The notes beneath the pieces are model-generated. The model saw nothing but the letters and a program-made list of their open reading frames with translations, ran no database searches and had not been told where the DNA came from. Source: Neovahlkampfia damariscottae (lineage: Eukaryota). From it: a stretch of DNA of 55,070 bases. Both the position numbers and the translations under genes were made by a program. The stretch's first letter is position 1. Every line of letters begins with the position of its first letter. This document shows, in pieces, positions 1 to 10,373 of the stretch. The stretch lies in assembly GCA_016618085.1 (NCBI GenBank), contig JABLTG010000138.1, forward strand, positions 1 to 55,070. Direction: 5' to 3'.

Positions 1-3
1 AAA

Positions 4-1266
4 TTGTATCATGAATTTTTAAAAAAAGAGTTCAACTCTGATTCATGGGATTTGATTGTTGATTATCATTCACTTCTCAAATCACAATCAAAGAAAAAGA
101 TGAATGTCACTGAAAAATTGAAATATATCATTGACACTTATATCAAAACTGGATCAAAGAAATACCTTCCTGTTCCGGAACAAACATCAATTTTAGAGAA
201 TCAAGATAGTCCTTCAAAATGTATTAAAATTCTAGGGGAAGCATGCTCAAATATCAAATTGGAACATCAATTAGATTCATTCAAAAGATTCATTGCAACT
301 CCTGAAGCAAAATCAATTCTTTCAAAATACCAACACGATGCTCAAGTCATGGCTCCAATTTTGAATTTCGTTTCAGTTTATAATGACAAAGATTTTGATC
401 TCCCACAAATCACAGAAAAAGACATTCATTTCTGTGCCTCACTTGCTGAAAATGCAGCTACTTGGGATCAAGTATATTCAGACAGACATTCAAAAATTTC
501 AATTTCAAATGTAAACTGGTTTGCAAATGCTACATCCATCGACTCTCCAATTATCTCTGTAGAAACCAAATATGATTTCGACTATCCAATGGAACAAGTC
601 ATCAATGGATATTTTACACTTTCAAAATTCAACAAAGTAGATCCAAATGTGAATAAAATTAAATGTGTGAAATACAATGAAGAATCAAATGAAAATTATG
701 AATCAGTAGTTTTATCATATGATATGGTTTGGACATGGAAACAATCATTTTTAAAAGAAAATGTTTGTGCATTCACCATTGAAGACAATAGAATGTTGTT
801 TATTAGTAAACCAATTAGACCAACAGATAAGAATTGGTCCAAAAAAGAAAATGATAAAATTCAATACTTTCAATATGAAATTGTTGTTTTGTCAAGAACC
901 ACAGACCAATCAACATCATTTCAACATATCATGTGCATAAGTTCAAGTGAAAAAATTGATTGGAATCAAAAAATGATTGAAAGAAACAAATCATTTCATC
1001 CATCTCTTGAATCAAGTATTTCAAAAGCAAACAAAACGATTGAAGAGTGTAAAGAATGCTATGAAACAAAAGAAAATGAAATATTGAAAGAACCAGTTGG
1101 AAAATTACTTTTATCAGTTGATTTCAACAACTGTGGATTGGCAAGTGATGATGTGACAGAAACAGAGGATCTAATGAGTTCAATAGATGATGAAACAACT
1201 TCAACCTTCAATATTAATTTTGATGCTTATTCACCAAACGAAATGAGTTGGTTATCTGATAATTAA
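4..1266 (+). CDS. RGS domain + START-like domain protein, 5'-truncated paralog of the C-terminal half of the next gene
   Basis: 'YHEFLKKEFNSDSWDLIVD...IIDTYIK...LDSFKRF' is RGS-like; colinear with the second half of 1418-4078. Confidence 0.7.
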   Translation: MYHEFLKKEFNSDSWDLIVDYHSLLKSQSKKKMNVTEKLKYIIDTYIKTGSKKYLPVPEQTSILENQDSPSKCIKILGEACSNIKLEHQLDSFKRFIATPEAKSILSKYQHDAQVMAPILNFVSVYNDKDFDLPQITEKDIHFCASLAENAATWDQVYSDRHSKISISNVNWFANATSIDSPIISVETKYDFDYPMEQVINGYFTLSKFNKVDPNVNKIKCVKYNEESNENYESVVLSYDMVWTWKQSFLKENVCAFTIEDNRMLFISKPIRPTDKNWSKKENDKIQYFQYEIVVLSRTTDQSTSFQHIMCISSSEKIDWNQKMIERNKSFHPSLESSISKANKTIEECKECYETKENEILKEPVGKLLLSVDFNNCGLASDDVTETEDLMSSIDDETTSTFNINFDAYSPNEMSWLSDN

Positions 1267-1417
1267 AATATTTAAATAAAAATTCAAAAAAAAATCAATA
1301 TCTTAAGCCATCATCATTCTGACCACTAAATTTGATCAACGAAATGTTCAAATTTAGAAGAAACAAAAATGATTGGTCAACCATTGTTTTCTTCTATTTG
1401 TACATAATACTTTACTG

Positions 1418-4078
1418 ATGAACACAAAACGGAGTTTTGAACTTAGTGACTATGTTATCCAATTCAAATCAGTCTTAGATGTGCCAGAAATATCAATTGC
1501 TTTCTACAACTTCTTAAAACTAGAATACGCAAGCGATAATTGGGATTTTATTTTAGAACTGAAATTACTTGAAGAAATTTGGAAAAAAAAGAATTTTCAA
1601 AAAATATTAACTCAAGTGAAGCAGATTATCTCCACTTTTATTGAGACAAATTCTCCAAAAGAAATTTTAGTTGGAAAGATTCACAAAAGAATTATTTTGG
1701 AACAAATAGAAAAATTAGAAAACAAAAATTGGAATTTAGAAAAATCACCAACACAATTATTTGAACCTTTAAAAAATCTTGTTATCCTTGAATACAAAAA
1801 TGATTCATTCAAAAGATTTTCAAGAGAACCAGAATGTTTAAAACTATTAGAAAAATATAAAGACAACAGAAATGTATTGCTACCACAACTTTCAATGGTT
1901 TATAATTACAAAGATGAGGATTTTGATGGAACTACTTTTGACCATAAGGATAGAGAATTTTTGGAAAAATTTGTTGTTGATAATCCGAACTGGGAACTGT
2001 CTTTTTCCAACAAAAAAATGAAATTATCAGCATTTAAATCAACATGGAACTATTTTCCAAACGTCTCTTTTTTAACTAATACTTACCTCAACACAAAAGT
2101 TCAAATTATTTTTGAATGTTCTCTTCAAGAGCTGGCGTGCGCAGTTTTTTCTGGATATCATCAAAATGACCCACAAGCTTTGGAAGTAAAAATTATTGAA
2201 TTCAAGAATTCAAAACATGTCATTTTTCAACAAAAATCAACAATGGGAAAAAAGTCATTGGATCCAAGAGTAAAAAGATTAATTTACACCGTTGATTATG
2301 ATCCTGAGAAAAAACAACTAACATCAAAGGCTAAGCCATCAAGGATTCCAGGTGCTCCATTCTTAAAACCACATATGATTGATATGGTTGTTAAAAAAGG
2401 AGAAACACCAATAAAAGTAAAATCACTCCAATACTTTACCTATTACACAAATATATTCACTGTAATCGATGATAACAGAACAATGTTTGAGCAAATAACT
2501 GCATTTGATGTTGGTGGAAATGGATTTTCGACTTCAATGATGGAAAAACGTTATACTTCTCTTTATTCAAGCTACTCCAAGAAGCTCAAAGAATTAAGAA
2601 ATCGAAAGAAAATCTCCGACTTTACATTAGAGTTCAATGATTTACATGAAGGATTTCCAAAGGAGCCTCTTGGAAAATTGATTTATGATTTGGATATTGA
2701 CGGACAGGATGAAGAATATCGAAAAAGAATGGAAAAAAGAAACCAAGTTTTTGATTTATCAAAATTCGTTGTGAGATTCTCAGCAATAAAAAGGAAAGAA
2801 ATTGAAGTATCTTATTATGAATTTTTGAAAAAAGAATGTAATACTGATTCATGGGATTTCATCATTGATTTTGTTGAACTTGTAAATATTTATCAGAAAA
2901 AGAAAAAAGAAGATATTGTAAAATTGAAATTAAAACATATTATTGATACATACATTGAAAGAAAATCACGAAAGAATCTTTCTTTGGTAGATAAAGATCA
3001 AAAGGAAATTTTAGAATTTGTGAATGACATTCCAAAATGTATCTCATGTTTACAAAAAGTTTATGGAATCTTCAACATGGAGCATCAATTGGATTCATTT
3101 AAAAGGTTTATCAGAACAAAAGAAGCAAAATTGATTTTACCAAAATATCAACATGATGCAGAAGTTATGACACCTATTCTTGATTTTGTTTCGATTTATG
3201 AAAAAGAAGACTTTGATATCAAGAAAATTACAGATAAAGATGTCCAATTTACTATTTCAATATCTGATAATGCTTCAACGTGGGATCAAATTCATTCTGG
3301 AAAACATTCAAAAATTTCAGTTTCAAAAGTGAATTGGTTTCAACGTTGTTCAATTGAAAGTTCATCTTTAGTTTCCTATGAAACAAAATATGAATTCAAT
3401 TTTCCTATTGAACAAGTTGCAAATGGTTATTTGACATTGTCTAATTTTAACAAAGTTGATTTAAACATCAAGAAGGTGAATTTCAAGAAATTCATTGAAG
3501 AAACCAACCAAAATAATGATTCAATCATTTTAGACTACGAAATGATGTGGTCACTAAAACATACATTCAAAAGAGAAAATGTGTACTCATTCATCACTAA
3601 AAATGATAAATTATTTTTTATTGGAAAACCAATTACTCCAAAGGATAATAATTGGTTCAGAAAAGATGACAATAAAATCCAATATTTTCATTATGAAGTC
3701 ATTGCATTGAGTAAGAAATGTGGAAATTCAACTATTGTACAGCATATCATGTGTATCAATTCAAATGAAAAACTGGCATGGGATGAAGCAATGATTTACA
3801 GAAGCAATAGTTTTTATCCTTCATTGTTGTCCAGCATTTCAAGATCAAAATCAAAAATATTGGATTTAAAAGAAATGTATCTTCAAAAGAATGAGAATGA
3901 TGAATGGATAGAACCTATTGGAAAACTACTTTTAGATATCAATTTTAGTGATTGTAACACACCAGAAGTTTCAGAAACTGATGACTCCAATTTGAATACG
4001 TTATTTGATGCTGGTGACGATTCATTTTCAATTTGGACAAATGGTGATTTTTCACATGTTGATGATGATTATCTGTGA
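1418..4078 (+). CDS. Tandem (RGS + START-like) x2 protein
   Basis: Two RGS-like motifs (FYNFLKLEYASDNWDF...DSFKRF; YYEFLKKECNTDSWDF...DSFKRF), each followed by a helix-grip-like region; first ATG at 1418. Confidence 0.7.
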   Translation: MNTKRSFELSDYVIQFKSVLDVPEISIAFYNFLKLEYASDNWDFILELKLLEEIWKKKNFQKILTQVKQIISTFIETNSPKEILVGKIHKRIILEQIEKLENKNWNLEKSPTQLFEPLKNLVILEYKNDSFKRFSREPECLKLLEKYKDNRNVLLPQLSMVYNYKDEDFDGTTFDHKDREFLEKFVVDNPNWELSFSNKKMKLSAFKSTWNYFPNVSFLTNTYLNTKVQIIFECSLQELACAVFSGYHQNDPQALEVKIIEFKNSKHVIFQQKSTMGKKSLDPRVKRLIYTVDYDPEKKQLTSKAKPSRIPGAPFLKPHMIDMVVKKGETPIKVKSLQYFTYYTNIFTVIDDNRTMFEQITAFDVGGNGFSTSMMEKRYTSLYSSYSKKLKELRNRKKISDFTLEFNDLHEGFPKEPLGKLIYDLDIDGQDEEYRKRMEKRNQVFDLSKFVVRFSAIKRKEIEVSYYEFLKKECNTDSWDFIIDFVELVNIYQKKKKEDIVKLKLKHIIDTYIERKSRKNLSLVDKDQKEILEFVNDIPKCISCLQKVYGIFNMEHQLDSFKRFIRTKEAKLILPKYQHDAEVMTPILDFVSIYEKEDFDIKKITDKDVQFTISISDNASTWDQIHSGKHSKISVSKVNWFQRCSIESSSLVSYETKYEFNFPIEQVANGYLTLSNFNKVDLNIKKVNFKKFIEETNQNNDSIILDYEMMWSLKHTFKRENVYSFITKNDKLFFIGKPITPKDNNWFRKDDNKIQYFHYEVIALSKKCGNSTIVQHIMCINSNEKLAWDEAMIYRSNSFYPSLLSSISRSKSKILDLKEMYLQKNENDEWIEPIGKLLLDINFSDCNTPEVSETDDSNLNTLFDAGDDSFSIWTNGDFSHVDDDYL

Positions 4079-4147
4079 ACTCCTAAAACCAACCATGTCA
4101 AATAAATTCTAAATTTATCTTCCAATCAGATTTTTAATTTCTTTTTG

Positions 4148-5089
4148 ATGTTGTCAGGTACACATGAGGTTTTTGAAAAAATAAAATCACAAGCAAATGA
4201 TCATTTCAAACAAAAAAATTATCAAAGAGCCATTAATTATTATGAACACGCCATGAAACTACCTGTCTCTTCTGCACAAAAATCCATTTGTCTTGGAAAT
4301 ATAAGTTCATGTTTTTATCAAATGAAAGACTATAATTCATCATTGAAATATGCTTTAGAATCATTAGATAAAGATCCTTTGAATGAAAAATCAATATTAA
4401 AAAAGGCTTATTCTTTTGAAAGACTTGGTGAATTTGAGGACTCCATAAAAGCATATTTGTCAGTGATAAAAGAACCAAATGATTCATTTCAGAGAATGGA
4501 ACTTCTTTTAGATAAATTGAAACAAAAAAATTATTTTTCTTTTCTTGTTTTTAATCAAGAAAATGAAATAGAATTCGAGGTGAAAATTCCAAAATTTTTG
4601 GTTGAAAAGTTCCTTCCGTCTGTAGGAAATAAAACATTCAAAACCATGTCAAAAGAAGATAAATATGAGTATTTATTCATTTTGTTACTAATTTCTCAAA
4701 GAATCAATCAAACAGAATTGGAATACCCAATTACCAAAACAACAATTAAGATTTTGTTTCGGTCGTTATTTGACGACAGGGTAGCTGCTGAAAATGAAGA
4801 ATTGGTACCATTGATATGTCTATCTGACTACTTTGTTTGCTCAGATGTAAGAAATGAAGCAATATTGCAATTACTGGATTATATTGACGAAAAGAATTGC
4901 TTATTCTTTTATAAACTTTCAAAAAATCATATTTTAAAGGAAAGAACAAGATGGAATGACTTGTATGATCATTGTTGTTCGACTCTAAAGAGCATTTTGA
5001 TTTCTGTTGATGAAGGTCGCATCACAAAAGAAGAGATTGAATATTTTGATGAAATACCAGAAGAAATTCTCAAAAATTGGAAACTGTGA
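4148..5089 (+). CDS. TPR-repeat protein with BTB/BACK-like C-terminus
   Basis: 'KSQANDHFKQKNYQRAINYYEHAM...GNISSCFYQMKDY' TPRs; 'LICLSDYF...IDEKNCLFFYKLS' BTB/BACK-like. Confidence 0.7.
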   Translation: MLSGTHEVFEKIKSQANDHFKQKNYQRAINYYEHAMKLPVSSAQKSICLGNISSCFYQMKDYNSSLKYALESLDKDPLNEKSILKKAYSFERLGEFEDSIKAYLSVIKEPNDSFQRMELLLDKLKQKNYFSFLVFNQENEIEFEVKIPKFLVEKFLPSVGNKTFKTMSKEDKYEYLFILLLISQRINQTELEYPITKTTIKILFRSLFDDRVAAENEELVPLICLSDYFVCSDVRNEAILQLLDYIDEKNCLFFYKLSKNHILKERTRWNDLYDHCCSTLKSILISVDEGRITKEEIEYFDEIPEEILKNWKL

Positions 5090-5165
5090 AACTTCATTTT
5101 GGAACAAGTTCAAAATAAAAGAGCCAACAGAATTCATTTATTTTTTCATCCAATCAAAGCAATCG

Positions 5166-6331
5166 ATGTTTGTTTCTCGGTCAAGTGAAAATTTATTGGA
5201 AGACCAAGAATTGACACCTCAACGTAGAAGAAGATCCAGTAGCGTTGAAAGAAATGCTATGTTTGAAAGCACCACAATGGTTCTTTTAGGAACAGGTTTT
5301 TCAGGCAAATCTACTTTTCTAAAAAATTTACACCTTATGGAAGAAAAATTTGATAAAAAATTTAAAAAACTTTCAAAAGAAACTATATTTACAAACATAT
5401 GTATGACTATACTCGAATTGTTAGAGAAAATTGACAACATTGAATTCGAAAATCCAAACACAAAAGATGTAGCAAAAAAATTCATAAAAATGATGCACCC
5501 AGAATTTTTTATTGATGTTGAATTCAATTATAATTCAAAGATACATGATATAGTGAAAGATATTTGGAAGGATGATAAAATTCGTTCATTGTTTTACAAT
5601 TCATCTAACATGTTGATTCCTGATGGTGTTTCAAGGTATTTTTTGTCAAAAATCTAACATATTGCAGATTTTTAGAAGATTTAAATCGTATTGATCCGAC
5701 AACATTTGACCCTGAAAGATTAGATTATTTATATGCTCAAAGAAAAACAGTTGGTGTTTCACACTCTTTTTTTTCTTGTTTAGGAGGTGTTTATGATGTT
5801 GTTGATACTGCTGGTCAAAGAAGTGAAAGATTTAAATGGGATTATGCATTTGAAAATGTTAAATTAATTTTTTTTGTTGTTCCTTTGAACTGTTATGATC
5901 AATTTAATGATGACAAAAAATCTTTGAATAGAATGAAAGATGTTGAAAGAGTATTCTCTGAGATATCAAATACCAAACAATTGCAATCAGTTCCTATTTT
6001 TTTAATTTTCAATAAGTGTGAATTATTGAATGATAAAATAATCAAATTAAAAAATTTCAAAAAGTACAACGAAGATTTTGAAGGAAAAGAAGAATTTGAA
6101 GATGTTTATAAATATTTTGAAGATAAATTTTCTGAATCCAGTAAATTCTACTCAAATGAAAGAATTTTTATTTTACCTTCAATTGCAGTTGATGAAGGAA
6201 TTTCACAAAAAACTTTACATGCAACTGCGAATATATTTTCTGCTTTTGAAACAAAAAAGGATCTAAATGAAACATTTCAACTGGAAAAAAATAAATTAAT
6301 GGAATTAGTTAAAAACAAACTTGAAAAATAA
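5166..6331 (+). CDS. Divergent heterotrimeric G-protein alpha subunit (one intron ~5636-5668)
   Basis: G1 LLGTGFSGKST; after the intron RKTVG and DTAGQRSERFKW; G4 FNKCE. Confidence 0.85.
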
Positions 6332-6354
6332 ATTTTTTTGTTTGTCCAATCGAA

Positions 6355-7011
6355 ATGTTTCCACAATTTATCACAGAAAAAGAGACAAAAAAACTTCCAA
6401 TATACAAAGATAACTTACCACATTATAAAGGTTTTGAACCATACTTTTCAAAAAAATTGGAAATTATAGCTGACCAACCGCATCAGAACAGATTTGTTGG
6501 TTTTCTACAAATTCGTCAATGTCAAGCGAAAGATTGTTACAAAAAAACACATATACAACCATATTGTGAGTCTCACAGAAGAGAAATTTTGCATGTTCAA
6601 GTGAAAAAATCAACAATTCCAGCTGCTGGTATGGGTTTGTTTGCATTTGGTGAAAAAGAAAAAATAGTGTTTTATGAAGGTGATTTAATTGGATACTACC
6701 AAGGAGAAGTGTTAAATGATAAACAATTGAGAGAAAGATATGGTGCTAAATATGACAAATCTGATGAAAAATGGTTCACACCGTATGCCGCAAAAGCAGG
6801 AAATATATTTATTGATTCAATTATAGTTAGGACAACAATGTCTTGTTGTAATGACATTAGAGAAGATTGGAAATCAAATGTTGTTGAAAAATTTGATGAA
6901 AAAAAAAATTGTTTGAAGTGTATTGCAAAGAAAAATATTTATCATGGAGATGAATTATTCGTGAATTATGGAATATCATACTGGCTATCATTTCCTTATA
7001 AAACAGTTTGA
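6355..7011 (+). CDS. Small SET-domain protein
   Basis: VKKSTIPAAGMGLFA, YQGEVL, AKKNIYHGDELFVNYG..YW. Confidence 0.85.
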   Translation: MFPQFITEKETKKLPIYKDNLPHYKGFEPYFSKKLEIIADQPHQNRFVGFLQIRQCQAKDCYKKTHIQPYCESHRREILHVQVKKSTIPAAGMGLFAFGEKEKIVFYEGDLIGYYQGEVLNDKQLRERYGAKYDKSDEKWFTPYAAKAGNIFIDSIIVRTTMSCCNDIREDWKSNVVEKFDEKKNCLKCIAKKNIYHGDELFVNYGISYWLSFPYKTV

Positions 7012-7097
7012 AATTCTTTGGAATTGACAGGTTGGATGAGACACTTCAATTTTATGATTGTTTAAAAGTCTTAGAATTATAATTTTACAAATTTGAA

Positions 7098-7643
7098 TTA
7101 TTTAATTATATTTTTAATTATTTCAAGTAATTCAGGGAATTTTTCAAACATGAAATGTCCTAAGTCATCATAAACAAAATACTTTGAATTTAAATTTTTG
7201 TTGATGAAATCTGATTCATCCATTGGAATAAATGGATCATTTTTTGAGTGTAATTGAACAATAAAATCACAATTCTTTTTAATTTTATCCCATTCCCATT
7301 TTCTTGAGTAGTACCCAGATGCTTTTTCATTTGCTTCTCCTAAATCTGTCCAACAAGCACTAACTAGTATCATTCCTTTAATTTTGTGATTTTCAGCATA
7401 TCTCATAGATGCTACGGCTCCAGAAGAATGTCCTATTAGAATTGTATTTTCATCAGCTTTTAATTCTTTTTCGATAAAAGGAATCCAATTTTTTTCTCTG
7501 GCTACAAATGGGTCTGGCATATTTTCCAGAACAGCATTAAGATTTAATTTAATCAATTCCTTTTGCAAACTGTAATACCAGTTGGCTTCTTTCACGTTTG
7601 TGCATCCATTGCCTGGTAAAATCACGTACTTTTGGTCGCTCAT
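7098..7643 (-). CDS. RBBP9: RBBP9/YdeN-family serine hydrolase
   Basis: LPGNG, NWY, NMPDP, GHSSG nucleophile, DPFIP, GHF. Confidence 0.9.
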   Translation of the reverse strand: MSDQKYVILPGNGCTNVKEANWYYSLQKELIKLNLNAVLENMPDPFVAREKNWIPFIEKELKADENTILIGHSSGAVASMRYAENHKIKGMILVSACWTDLGEANEKASGYYSRKWEWDKIKKNCDFIVQLHSKNDPFIPMDESDFINKNLNSKYFVYDDLGHFMFEKFPELLEIIKNIIK

Positions 7644-7752
7644 TGTTGTTCAACTGTCCAATAATAACAAGTCAGGATAAAAAATAATGAGATGAAAATA
7701 TATTTGAAAATATTTTGATTCAAAAAAAATCAATAATTATTTTGAAGAAAAA

Positions 7753-9518
7753 ATGCTCAACCAATCAATGAGCAATTTATTTCGTTTTTTAGCAGGTGTG
7801 CAACTGATAGCAAAGACTCAATTAAAGTACTATCAAAAACCAAAAGTTTATCCAAAGTATCAAGGAAAAATATACCATAATGAATTCAAACAAGAAGAAG
7901 AAACTATTTCCGAAATCAAATTTGAAAAGGACATTACAGAAAATTTTGAAGAAAAAATAAATAAAAAAACAACTGAGGAACAAGAAGAAAATAAAGAAGA
8001 AAAATTGAACAAAGAAATGGAAAATATTGAAAGTGAACAATTGAATGTAGAAGAAAAAACATCAAATGAATATATACAAATAGAAAGAAAAGTTCCTTCA
8101 AATTCTGTTTCAAGATTATTGAATTTTGGAAGGTAAACAAGTTCAAAAAAAAATATATATTTTTTTAGTTTGGGTGTTAGAATGGGTATTGGTGCAATGA
8201 GTGAATGGGTCAGCAGAACGACTTCAGGTGAAACCAAAGAAAGAACTGGAATTTCAAAAAGTATTTTTTTCAGTGAATCAAATCTCGAACGATTAACTGA
8301 AACATTGTGTAAAATGAGAGGTGCAGCTTTGAAATTAGTAAAAAAAATTTGATTTTAAATTTCAAAAAAGGGTCAAATTTTATCAATTCAAGATGACAGT
8401 TTAATTCCTCCTGAATTCCAAAAAATACTGGAAAAAGTTCGAAATAATGCAAATATCATGCCACAAAAACAATTAGAGAAAATTTTGATCAAAGAACTTG
8501 GAAAGGATTGGAGTTCAAAATTTACATCATTTGAAATGAAACCTTTTGCAGCTGCATCCATTGGCCAAGTCCATAGAGCAATTTTATTGGATGGAACTGA
8601 AGTAGCCATTAAAATTCAATACCCAGGAGTCGCTCAAAGTATAGATTCTGATATTCAAAATCTAAGAAGATTGCAAACATTAACCAATTTATTTCCACCT
8701 GGAATTTTCTTGGATTCCATTATGAAACAAGCAGCTATTGAATTAAAGGCAGAATGTGATTACATTCAAGAATTTCAAAATCAAAAGAAGTTCAAAGTAT
8801 TCTTCAAATCCGAGAAAAATATATATATTCCAAATGTTTATGAAGATTTGTCGACCAAAAATATTTTAGTTACAGAATTCGTTCATGGAGTCTCATTGGA
8901 ATCAATTTTAAAAGAAAATCAAGAAACTCGCGATTTTTTTGCATCAACTATAATGAAAATTGCACTACAAGAATTATTTAAATTCCAATCAATGCAAACA
9001 GATCCTAATTTTTCAAACTTCATTTTCGATCCAAAAATGAGAAGAGTCAATTTGATTGATTTTGGAGCAGTAACAAATTTTGATGATGAATTTATCAAAG
9101 AATATTTCAATATAGTGTACCATGCTTCTGTTGATATCAAACCAGATATTATAATGGAATCATCAAGGAATATTGGATATTTGACTGGAGATGAAAATGA
9201 ATTAATGAATGAAGCACATAAAGCATCAGTTTTACATTTAGGAGAACCATTTTCTGAAAGTGGATTCTTTGATTTTTCAAAAGAAAGAACAATCAAAAAT
9301 GTTCAAAATATGATTCCAACTATGTTGAAACATCGTGTAATTTTTTCGTTTTTTTTAAAAAGTTTTAGTTGACTCCGCCTCCAATTCCAACTTATTCATT
9401 ACATAGAAAGTTAAGTGGAACTTTTTTGATTTGCGCCAAATTGAAAGCAAAAGTTGAATGTCAAAGATTATTCTTAGAAGCATCTGAACACATTTTGAAC
9501 AAAAAATTGAAAAAATAG
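7753..9518 (+). CDS. COQ8: COQ8/ABC1 atypical kinase (3 short introns)
   Basis: [51 protein letters not shown]; last exon [14 protein letters not shown]. Confidence 0.92.
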
Positions 9519-9615
9519 AAATATTTCTTTTTCAAAAAAATTTTCCGCTTTTTTATCAATTCTACCAATAGTTTTCTGCCACGCATTTGCACTGGTAGTC
9601 TCGAAAAAAAATCAA

Positions 9616-10236
9616 ATGTTAAAAAGAACTGATTATCAAGTTTTACCACCAAAACGAATGGATAGTATTGAAATACCTTCACCTTTAAGAATAGAAGAAC
9701 CAACTAATTTTTGTTGTTATCCTTGTTTTATTTTTTCAAATTGGCTTTACAAACATTCTTCAACACCAAAGACACCAAGTGAAGTAAATTTAAACTCAAA
9801 TTCAAATATTTTCAATTTAAACAAAAATGATTTACCACCACCACCTGCAGAAACCACAAATTTAATGAATTATGAAACAGAAAGTGAACCAAAGAGTTTT
9901 TGGTGTTTTTGTTGTTTTCATTTTTCAAGATTATTCAAACCTGAAACAAATCAAACTTTAATTAATCATGAAACAATTACAGAACATCAAGTAAAAGCAG
10001 ATCTTCCAATTATTAAAATTGTTACACCAACCACTGAAAAAGTACGAAAAGAAATGAATATGATAAATCTTGATATTCCTGATGAACAACTTTTATGTAC
10101 GGATTACACACAAACACCACTTTCTCCATCATCATTTTCACCTTTTGATGATAGAATAAGTTCATACAATTCATCACCAAGATCGGAGGAAATAGATCAT
10201 CCTGATATTATAGATATGTTAAAAAGACATAAATAA
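9616..10236 (+). CDS. Hypothetical low-complexity protein with two Cys/aromatic clusters
   Basis: 206-aa ORF; FCCYPCF and FWCFCCF motifs. Confidence 0.6.
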   Translation: MLKRTDYQVLPPKRMDSIEIPSPLRIEEPTNFCCYPCFIFSNWLYKHSSTPKTPSEVNLNSNSNIFNLNKNDLPPPPAETTNLMNYETESEPKSFWCFCCFHFSRLFKPETNQTLINHETITEHQVKADLPIIKIVTPTTEKVRKEMNMINLDIPDEQLLCTDYTQTPLSPSSFSPFDDRISSYNSSPRSEEIDHPDIIDMLKRHK

Positions 10237-10373
10237 TTTGAAAAATCAAATTTAGATCACTTCATTTTTCTGACTGAACCAAAAATAATCCAATCATTGC
10301 CAGAGTAAAATACAGAATTGAAGAAAAACAAAAACTATAAAAAATTTTAAAATTCATTAGTTATCGAACAATT

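Noticed and set aside
7822..8237. Antisense Phe/Ser-rich ORFs here and over many other genes
   Set aside because: Shadow ORFs of A-rich coding strands.
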